From an uncultured Methylomirabilota bacterium (lineage in GTDB: Bacteria; Methylomirabilota; Methylomirabilia; Methylomirabilales; 2-02-FULL-66-22): a DNA stretch of 64,000 bases. A program made the position numbers and the translations under genes. The DNA is taken from positions 3,936,001-4,000,000 of the forward strand of contig OY970067.1 of the NCBI GenBank assembly GCA_963705305.1. The letters run 5' to 3'. The notes under the pieces were generated by a model. That model had not been told where the DNA came from. It did no database searches and was given only the letters and a program-made list of their open reading frames with translations. Numbering within the stretch: the stretch's first letter is position 1; every line of letters starts with the position of its first letter. Below, piece after piece: positions 57,401-64,000 of the stretch.

Positions 57401-59343
57401 CCCTTCTCGAGGAAACGGTGCACACCGCCGTGATAGCCACGCCCTTACTGTATGGAGAGCGTCTCGTGGGGGTGTTGGTGATCAGCCGGGAGGCAATTGG
57501 GCCGCCCTTCGTGGACGCGGACCTCGAGGCCCTGAACCTCTTCGCTCCCCATGCCGCCGTCGCCATCGAGAACGCCCGCCTCCATGCGGCTGCGCTCCAG
57601 CGTGGCGAAGAGCTTGGGGCGCTGCTCCGGGCCGGGCGCGTCGTCATGGACGGATTGAATCTCGATGAGACCCTGGATCGCATTATCAGGGAAGCTTCCG
57701 CGATCGCGCGTGCCCCGCATGTCAAGATCCTGCTCGCGGACACGGAAGACGGAACGCTGCGCTTAGCAGCGGTCCTCGGCCGGCCCGCTGAGATGATGGG
57801 CCAATTCGATTATGCCGGGCGGGGCAGCCTCTCGGGGGTGGTCGCGAAGACCGGACACCCGCTCTTCGTGCCCGACTGCCAGCACGATCCGAGGAATATC
57901 GCCGCTGAGCAGGATAGCTTGCTGGGGATTCAGACCTACCTCGGGTTGCCGATCAAGAGCCGGGGTGAAATTCTCGGCGTCCTGACCTTTAACACGACGG
58001 AGCCTCGGCAGTACACCCCTGGAGAAATTGAGTACCTCAGCTCGTTCGCGGATCAAGCCGCCATCGCCATCGAGAACGCCCGCCTCTACGAGGAAGTGCA
58101 GCGGCACGCCGGCGAGCTGGAGACCCGGGTGAAGGAGCGCACCGCCGAGCTGGAGGAGGCCCTCCGGGTGAAGGCCGAGTTCCTGGCGAAGGTGTCCCAC
58201 GAGCTGCGGACTCCCCTGAACTTCGTCCTCGGCTTCTCCGATCTGCTCAGAGAGCAGATCGCCGGGCCGCTCACGGACAAGCAGATGCGGTTCGTGGACC
58301 GCATTTACACCGGCGGCAGGCAGCTCCTAGATCTCGTGAGTGACCTGCTCAATCTGTCACGAGTCGAGATGGAGGAGCGCCCGCTCCGGTTTGAGGAGAT
58401 GTCGCTCGCCCCCCTCATCCAGGGGGTTCTGAGCCTCTACAGCATCCCGGCTGGCCAGAGGCATCTGACGCTGGGGGTGAATGTCCCCCCGACCCTTCGC
58501 CTCGTCGCCGAGCGCCACAAGCTCATCCAGATCGTCACCAACCTCGTCGGGAACGCGGTCAAGTTCACACCCGAGGGGGGCTCGATTCGGGTCACAGCGA
58601 GACAGGTGCTGGGTAAGGAGAGCAGAGGCGCAGTGGCGCAGGGGAGCAGGGGCGAAGAGGCCCCTCTGCCCCCGGGCCCCTCTGCCCCTCTGCAGTCTGT
58701 AGAGATTGCCGTCGAGGATACCGGCATCGGCCTGGCTCCCCAAGACCTGGAGCGCATCTTCCGGGGCTTCGATCAGGTGGACGGCTCCTCCACCCGCCAG
58801 TACGGGGGCACGGGGATCGGCCTAGCCCTGGTTCGCACCCTGGTCGAGTTGCACGGGGGTAGCGTCTGGGCGGAGAGTGGCGGGCTGGGGCAGGGCGCCC
58901 GCTTCATCGTGCGGATTCCCTGCCTGAAGGCATCCCCGCCCAGGCGAATCCTGGTGGTCGAGGACGAGGCGGCCATTCTGAAATTCCTCTGCATCTTCCT
59001 CCGGGATGCGGGCTATGCGGTCACAGGGGCGGGCAGCGGAGCCGAGGCGCTTGCCGCCGTGGCGGCGGACCTCCCCAACCTGGTGGTCCTGGACATCGGC
59101 CTCCCCGATATGAGTGGTTGGGAGGTGCTGCGGCAGCTCCGCGCCGAGACGCGGACTGCGAGTCTCCCCGTCCTCGTCCTGATGGGCGTGGGGGAGTCGC
59201 AGGCCGAGCAGGCTAAGGCTCTGGGGGCCTTGGAATTCTTGACGAAGCCTTTCTCTCCCCCGGTGCTGCTCAAGTTGGTGGGCGACCTTATGACCGGGAG
59301 CGGCCGGCCGGTCCCCCCCGAGCAGCTTGAGCGGCCGGGATAG
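54439..59343 (+). CDS. Hybrid histidine kinase with seven GAF domains, HisKA, HATPase, REC
   Basis: Seven GAF units ending in variants of AIENA.L, VSHELRTPL, NAVKF, DTGIG, GTGIGL, C-terminal REC. Confidence 0.93.
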   Translation: MSRQRNRDDRLAAFLQASQAMASSLDLDQVLRTVVEAAAAISGAPFVRLFLLEGAPPMLHWRVGVGLSPEGEPNRPIRIGESFSGQVAVTGQPLAVADCREDPRLRFPEHIQRYSLISYLGLPVKTGDRLLGVLCFNTNAPHVYTEEEISFLNAFAQQAAVAIQNAQLHREEQRRRQQLEAVRAVAAEITRELDLTLLLQLIIRRAVDLTGAQAGSLSLWDEGAQILRHRAWVGYDDWLANVTLRPGEGVKGAVAQRRAGMIVNDYPASPVAYPPFVERLGTTAVLAEPLLYQNRLLGVVSVDMREPGRRFSGEDRKVLALFADQAAVAIENAQLYETSRAQANELQAVAEIGQAVSRHLELPAVLNAIVAGTMRLLDNPFAQILLWDEERQRLTYGAVQGPEAQRVMGQQFELGRGINGEVAQTRQPMILEDYQGSPYAVPECADVVATITVPICAGDRLLGVLHSHTTQADRRFTQDDLRLLQSLAAHAAIAIANARAYDVSARRTKELEALLRASRSVMAGLDLRVTLARIVAEAAAMAGTPLVKVLLRDESTQHFTVAAAKSTVTLPGAQFPVGAGLSGIVAATGEPLFVPDTPADPRNLFAGQDRALGVVTYLGLPIKDSRGGVRGVLTFNTTEPRQYTAADLAYLGAFAAHAALAIENARLHEATQHELAERIRAEEGLRRSEEQARRLAQENATMAELGRLISSTPHLEEVYENFADEARKVLRFDRIVINRIDVEKNLVQNLFVAGERLQGRTSSDPYPLAGSSNAEMVRTRASLLIQTDDFGPYAERFPGLISTFQAGFRSILNVPLFAQGRVIGGLLLRSRQPNAYTGQDVRLAERIASQIAGTVTNAQLYLENVHLYEAAQREIAERRQAEEILAVRTRHLEAVRSISEEIVRELDLTTVLDLIIQRAVTLVGATSGSIRLWDEGQQLLTPVARTGSDRHAATVPLRLGEGVAGTAAQQRRGLIVNDFRTSAYAMPALLEETVHTAVIATPLLYGERLVGVLVISREAIGPPFVDADLEALNLFAPHAAVAIENARLHAAALQRGEELGALLRAGRVVMDGLNLDETLDRIIREASAIARAPHVKILLADTEDGTLRLAAVLGRPAEMMGQFDYAGRGSLSGVVAKTGHPLFVPDCQHDPRNIAAEQDSLLGIQTYLGLPIKSRGEILGVLTFNTTEPRQYTPGEIEYLSSFADQAAIAIENARLYEEVQRHAGELETRVKERTAELEEALRVKAEFLAKVSHELRTPLNFVLGFSDLLREQIAGPLTDKQMRFVDRIYTGGRQLLDLVSDLLNLSRVEMEERPLRFEEMSLAPLIQGVLSLYSIPAGQRHLTLGVNVPPTLRLVAERHKLIQIVTNLVGNAVKFTPEGGSIRVTARQVLGKESRGAVAQGSRGEEAPLPPGPSAPLQSVEIAVEDTGIGLAPQDLERIFRGFDQVDGSSTRQYGGTGIGLALVRTLVELHGGSVWAESGGLGQGARFIVRIPCLKASPPRRILVVEDEAAILKFLCIFLRDAGYAVTGAGSGAEALAAVAADLPNLVVLDIGLPDMSGWEVLRQLRAETRTASLPVLVLMGVGESQAEQAKALGALEFLTKPFSPPVLLKLVGDLMTGSGRPVPPEQLERPG
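58622..58693. repeat. In-frame 72-bp palindrome of nine 8-mers in HATPase loop
   Basis: GCAGAGGC GCAGTGGC GCAGGGGA GCAGGGGC GAAGAGGC | CCCTCTGC CCCCGGGC CCCTCTGC CCCTCTGC. Confidence 0.8.
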
Positions 59344-59356
59344 GGGTATAGAGCGG

Positions 59357-60514
59357 ATGCAGAGGCGAACCGGGGAGCATACAGAATTCAGAGTTGACAT
59401 CGAGCTCCCTGCCGCGAATGGCCCGGCTCGCATCCTCGTGGCTGAGGACGATCCGGCCACCCAGGAGCTGCTCACCGGCCTCCTGGAGGATCAGGGCCAT
59501 ACGATCATCGCCGTCGCCGACGGGGGCATGGCCCTCGCTGCGATCCAGGCAGCCCCTCCCGACCTCGTCCTTTCCGATGTGGGGATGCCTGGGATTGACG
59601 GCTTCGCCCTCTGCCGCCACCTGAAGGCTGATCCGGCGACCCGACTCATCCCAGTGATCCTGCTCACGGCGATCGGGGAGGAGTACAAGCAGGTCGGCAT
59701 CGAGGCGGGGGCAGACGAATTCCTGAGCAAGCCTGTGGTGCCAGGCGAGCTCCACCTCCGGCTGCGCGCCCTGCTCCGGATGAAGCGATTCACGGACGAT
59801 CTGGAGTCGGCCGAGACGGTGCTCTGCACGCTGGCGCAGAGCATCGAGGCCAAGGACCCCTCCACGGAGGGGCATTGCCAGCGGCTAGCGGAATGGGCGG
59901 TCGCCTTGGGCCGGGCCCTTGGGCTGCCCCCGGAGGAGCGGCAGGCCCTGCACCGAGGTGGCTTCTTGCATGACCTGGGGAAAGTGGCGGTCCCCGAGCG
60001 CATCCTCCTGAAGCCGGGCTCGCTCACTCCCGGCGAGCGGGCCGTGCTCCAGCGTCACCCGCTCGTGGGCGAGGCGATCTGCCGGCCGCTCCGGAGTCTC
60101 CGGAGCGTGCTCCCGATCATCCGCTCTCACCACGAGCGGGGGGATGGCTCGGGGTACCCGGACGGACTCCGGGGCGCGGCGATCCCCCACACGGCGCGGA
60201 TCCTCCAGGTGGTGGACGTCTACGACGCGCTGATTACCGACCGGCCCTACCGGAAGGCGCTGCCACCAGCGGCGGCGCTGGAGATCCTGACGACCGAGAC
60301 CCACCAGGGCTGGTGGGACCCGGCGGTCGTGAGGGCACTCCGGGAGACGGTGGTGGAGAAGGCGGGACGAGCGTTTGACGCTTCTGGGACTCGCGGTGTC
60401 GAGGGGACGACCGGACAGCCGAACGATGGAGCGGGTGGCACGATTGAGCGATCTTCGAGGTCGGGCGATCGTGCCGTTCAGCCGGACCCCCGATCCGTCG
60501 AACGGTCTGGGTGA
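59357..60514 (+). CDS. Response regulator with HD-GYP domain (RpfG-like)
   Basis: REC, EAKDPSTEGHC, LHDLGK, HHERGDGSGYPDGL, DRPYRKA. Confidence 0.92.
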   Translation: MQRRTGEHTEFRVDIELPAANGPARILVAEDDPATQELLTGLLEDQGHTIIAVADGGMALAAIQAAPPDLVLSDVGMPGIDGFALCRHLKADPATRLIPVILLTAIGEEYKQVGIEAGADEFLSKPVVPGELHLRLRALLRMKRFTDDLESAETVLCTLAQSIEAKDPSTEGHCQRLAEWAVALGRALGLPPEERQALHRGGFLHDLGKVAVPERILLKPGSLTPGERAVLQRHPLVGEAICRPLRSLRSVLPIIRSHHERGDGSGYPDGLRGAAIPHTARILQVVDVYDALITDRPYRKALPPAAALEILTTETHQGWWDPAVVRALRETVVEKAGRAFDASGTRGVEGTTGQPNDGAGGTIERSSRSGDRAVQPDPRSVERSG

Positions 60515-60532
60515 ATGTGAGGAGGGACAAAG

Positions 60533-60940
60533 GTGCCGCCCCGCGTGCTTGTGGTTGAAGATAACCCCGTGAATCTGGAGCTGCTGATCGCCCTCCTGGA
60601 GGAGGAGGGCTGCCAGGCCCTCGGTGCGACCTCGGCCGCGACGGGCCTGCAGCTCGCGGCGGCCGAGCGACCCGTCCTCATTCTGATGGATGTCCAGCTT
60701 CCCGGCATGACGGGCTACGAGGCCACCCGCTGGCTCAAGGCCGACCCGCTCACGGCGGCAATTCCCGTGGTGGCGATCACGGCGCAGGCCATGCGGGGCG
60801 ATGACGCGAAGGCGCGTGAAGCCGGGTGCGATGCCTACCTGACGAAGCCGATGGAAACGCACGCGTTCCGCGAGATCTTGCGCCGATTCATCGGGACCCC
60901 GAGAAGCGAGGGAGACGGGGACCAAGGGACAAAGGGATAG
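60533..60940 (+). CDS. Single-domain response regulator (DivK-like)
   Basis: VLVVEDN..N.EL, ILMDVQLP, ITAQAM.GD, AGCDAYLTKP. Confidence 0.9.
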   Translation: MPPRVLVVEDNPVNLELLIALLEEEGCQALGATSAATGLQLAAAERPVLILMDVQLPGMTGYEATRWLKADPLTAAIPVVAITAQAMRGDDAKAREAGCDAYLTKPMETHAFREILRRFIGTPRSEGDGDQGTKG

Positions 60941-61004
60941 CGGAAGCAAGGAACCGCGCAGCTTCCCTCCCAGGGCTGCTCACTCGCGGAAGGAGAGGCG
61001 ACCC

Positions 61005-61879
61005 ATGGTAGAGCGAGTTCTGGTCGTGGACGACGAAGCGATCAATCGGGAGTTCTTGGAGGCCATTCTTGCACCGCAGGGCTTGGAGGTCGAGCTGGCG
61101 GCCGACGGCCCTGCTGCGCTGGCGCAGGCCACGGCCTCCCCGCCGGACCTCATCCTGCTCGACATCCTGATGCCTGGCATGAACGGCCTGGAGGTGTGCG
61201 AGCGGCTCAAGCAGGCGCCAGCCACGGCGGAGATCCCCATCATCGTGGTCACGTGCGTGGGCCAGGTGGTCACCAAGGAGGCCGCCCTGACGAGCGGTGC
61301 CGATGACTTCCTGACGAAGCCGGTCCGGCCCGACGACCTCCGGGCTCGGGTGGCCGCCATGCTCAGCGCCAGCAGACCCTGGCCCAGCTCATGCGCGACG
61401 TGCAGTTGGAGGCCTCGCCACCCCCAATCCCCATGCGCGTCCTGCTCGTGGATGATGACGCGCTTACTCTCGAGTACTACGGGAGCCTCCTCACCGAGCA
61501 CGGTTTTCAGGTCTTCGCCGCGCATTCCGGCGCCCATGGCCTGGAGCTGGCCCAGCAGTACCCTCTCGATGCGGCGGTCCTGGACATTGTCATGCCGGAC
61601 ATGTCAGGGATTGAGCTCCTCGAGCGCCTCCACCAGCAAGATCCCGACCTCCCGGTCATCATGCTCCCGGGGCACCCGACCTCGCAGAACGCCATTGCCG
61701 CCCTGAAGTTCGGGGCTCTGGATTTCATCGTGAAGGGCCTCGACCACAGCCTGGTGATCCTCGCCGTTCACCGGGCGATCCGGCACCGGCGGGAGATCCT
61801 CGGCAAGAATGAGGAGCTCGAGCGGCTGCGGACACGCATCGGGGAGCTGGAAAAAACAGTCGGGGAAGGAGCGCGCTGA
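61005..61879 (+). pseudogene. Tandem REC-REC regulator split by frameshift/deletion near 61362
   Basis: First REC ends RARVAAML then degrades; linker QRQQTLAQL and second REC (LLVDDD, LDIVMP) continue in another frame. Could also be two genes. Confidence 0.6.
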
Positions 61880-62055
61880 ACATCTGCATCTCGATGTCTC
61901 GTTTCAGGGGAGACGGAGGTGCACTCGGGCGCAGACTCCACGCGAAAACGGCCACGCCGTTACGACCCGACGACAACCCATGGCGCGACGAGGCCGATCC
62001 GGAGTGGGGGGAGAAGGATGACGCGCACCGACCTCGCTGGCCGGACCAGGGAGGG

Positions 62056-63444
62056 ATGAGGATGCACCCTGAAGGACGGGGCGCATGGCGCATCTTGGCT
62101 GCAGATGACGATGCGCCCAGCCGGGAGTTGATTACCACGATCCTCGAGCCGGCGGGATACTGTGCCTCGAGTGTCGGCGACGGTCAGGAGGCGTGGGAGT
62201 TTCTCAGGGCCAACCCCATCGACCTCCTTCTCTGCGATCTTGTTATGCCCCGGATGGACGGCATTGCGGTCCTGCGGGCCGTGCGGGAGCTCCCCGAGCC
62301 GCCCTCGGTGATCCTGATGACTGCCTTTGCATCGCTGGACTCGGCGGTGGAGGCGACCAAGCTCGGCGCCTACGGGTACCTGACCAAGCCATTCAACGCG
62401 GATCGCCTCTGTCACCTCGTGGCAAAGGCGCTGGAGGAGCGGTGGCTCCAGGCAGAGAATGTGCGGCTGCAGGGGGAGCTGTTGGGTCGGCACGGACTCT
62501 ACCAGATCGTGGGGGAGAGTCCACAGATCCGCGAGGTCTGCCGCCTCGTGAAGGACCTGGCCAAGAGCGACACGAGCGTCCTCCTCTTAGGGAAGAGCGG
62601 GACCGGCAAGGAGGTGGTTGCCCGGGCCCTCCATGGCGTGAGTCCCCGGAGAGAGCGGCCGTTCGTGGCCATCAACTGCGGCGGCTTGAGTGAGACGCTG
62701 TTAGAGAGCGAACTCTTCGGACACGTACGGGGCGCCTTCACGGGGGCCGTCGCGCCGCGACACGGGCTGATTCAGACTGCAGATGGCGGCACGCTCTTCC
62801 TCGACGAAGTCGGCGAGATGCCCCCGTCGCTCCAGGTGAAGTTGCTCAGGGTTCTGGAGGGCGGGGAAGTCCGCCCCCTGGGGACGGAACGCTCGATCCG
62901 CGTGGATCTCCGGGTGATTGCGGCGACCAATCGGGACCTCCGCACGGCGGTTGCGGAGGGGCGCTTCCGTGAGGATCTCTTCTACCGGCTCAATGCGATC
63001 TCTTTCACCCTGCCGGAGTTGGCCGACCGGCGAGAAGACATCCCGGTCTTGGCGCAGCATTTCCTGGAGCGGGAATGCGCCCGGGTGGGCCGGCGGCCCC
63101 TCCGATTTGCGCCAGAGGCCATGGATCTCCTGCGGAGTTACCGCTGGCCCGGGAATGTCCGTGAACTCAAGAATGCGGTCGCGCGCGCGGTTGCCCTGAC
63201 GCGGGGGGCGGAGATCCGCGCGCAGTACCTCCCACCGGAGATCCGCGAGGCCGATCCGCTCATCGCGGCCCCGTGGTGGCAGGGGGAGACGGCCCTGGGG
63301 GATCTGGAACGGCAGGCCATTCTCCATGCTCTGAGACAGACCCGGGGCAACCGCGCGGCCGCGGCCCGACTCCTTCGGATCTCTGAGCGAAGCCTCTACC
63401 GCAAACTCGATCGCCACAACCTCCGGGACGTCCTTCTTACGTAA
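62056..63444 (+). CDS. Sigma-54-dependent NtrC/AtoC-family response regulator
   Basis: [53 protein letters not shown]. Confidence 0.94.
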   Translation: MRMHPEGRGAWRILAADDDAPSRELITTILEPAGYCASSVGDGQEAWEFLRANPIDLLLCDLVMPRMDGIAVLRAVRELPEPPSVILMTAFASLDSAVEATKLGAYGYLTKPFNADRLCHLVAKALEERWLQAENVRLQGELLGRHGLYQIVGESPQIREVCRLVKDLAKSDTSVLLLGKSGTGKEVVARALHGVSPRRERPFVAINCGGLSETLLESELFGHVRGAFTGAVAPRHGLIQTADGGTLFLDEVGEMPPSLQVKLLRVLEGGEVRPLGTERSIRVDLRVIAATNRDLRTAVAEGRFREDLFYRLNAISFTLPELADRREDIPVLAQHFLERECARVGRRPLRFAPEAMDLLRSYRWPGNVRELKNAVARAVALTRGAEIRAQYLPPEIREADPLIAAPWWQGETALGDLERQAILHALRQTRGNRAAAARLLRISERSLYRKLDRHNLRDVLLT

Positions 63445-63602
63445 CCGCAGCCAGACTTCGCGATCCTGCCAGATCCGCAGCCCTCCAAGGTCCCGGCCAC
63501 CGATTCGTCGGGGTATTCCCAGACCGAGGCGGATTCCAGAACTCCTTGCCAATCCTCGCCCCGGTCCAGGCAGGGCAGAGCCTGGTCTTTCTCATGCCCC
63601 CT

Positions 63603-63617
63603 TGGCATCCTTTGTGC
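63603..63617 (+). promoter_or_regulatory. Putative sigma-54 promoter
   Basis: TGGCATCCTTTGTGC, GG-N10-GC, downstream of the second NtrC gene. Confidence 0.5.
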
Positions 63618-63697
63618 CTTCTCGATCAGATCGACGGTTTGTGGTTGGCGCGAAACCCGACTTTCAGATTGAGGTGTGTGAGTTAGTGGTTGAAGAA

Positions 63698-64000
63698 ATG
63701 GACCACTCTCAGCGGTCAGGTAAAGTGACAGACGGAATTCGATGGGTGGCGTCGGATTTCTCCCTCCCGCGCCGCCAGGGGAAGCCGCTGGTCCGTCCCG
63801 GCGTTCCCAGTGAGGACGAGAAGCTCGTGGCGGGCCTGACCGAGAAGGCAATGCTCGCCGAGGAGTTGCGCCTCGCGGCCAAGCCTCTGGAGGCGAGAGT
63901 TGAGGACCGAACAGGGGAGTTGCAGGCGGCCAACGCCCAGCTCGAAGCGGCCTCCCGCCACAAATCCGGGTCCCTGGCCAACGTGTTCCATGAGTTGAGG
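63698..64000 (+). CDS. Partial histidine kinase (HisKA start, degenerate), runs off window
   Basis: LEARVEDRTGELQAANAQLEAASRHKSGSLANVFHELR, resembling the H-box region of the 51806 kinase. Confidence 0.65.
   Translation, partial: MDHSQRSGKVTDGIRWVASDFSLPRRQGKPLVRPGVPSEDEKLVAGLTEKAMLAEELRLAAKPLEARVEDRTGELQAANAQLEAASRHKSGSLANVFHELR

Noticed and set aside
54439..58100. Phytochrome/cyanobacteriochrome or LOV photoreceptors
   Set aside because: No DIP/PASDIP, CH bilin motif or GxNCRFLQ seen in any GAF or PAS domain

Overview
High-GC bacterial window with nearly all genes on the + strand. Gene content suggests Methylomirabilota/NC10, Nitrospirota or a deltaproteobacterium-like organism; this is an unverified inference. 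1-28.8 kb is core-like: Na/Pi cotransporter, a doubly frameshifted PPDK/PEP-synthase regulator, GalT, PpiC, tRNA-Leu(CAG), SAM hydrolase, a TPR/DUF4388 pair, DegQ, a sigma-70 factor, an HD-GYP regulator, pcm, YhaM, rhomboid, a threonine synthase fused to a LeuA/CimA-type regulatory domain, ruvX-mltG-TPR, an SPFH/zinc-ribbon operon, rlmN, an inverted-repeat-flanked GxxExxY gene and tRNA-fMet. After tRNA-fMet (28.8-64 kb) lies an accessory island-like region with no integrase in view. It holds an 18-gene gas vesicle cluster (gvpA, two GvpC-like, gvpN, five GvpF/L, gvpG, O-like, J, second J/M-like, K) with an embedded chaperone set (J-domain fusion, Hsp20, Get3/ArsA-like ATPase, CDC48/p97). A candidate sigma-54 promoter and an NtrC-type activator precede it. 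It is followed by a phage-type DNA methyltransferase relic, an orphan kaiB and a dense two-component array that includes a 7-GAF hybrid kinase. Several island genes carry internal deletions. Small palindromic elements also occur: a nested MITE-like element, and 8-mer-based palindromes inserted in frame into two kinases. All calls are by eye from motifs; no database searches were run.
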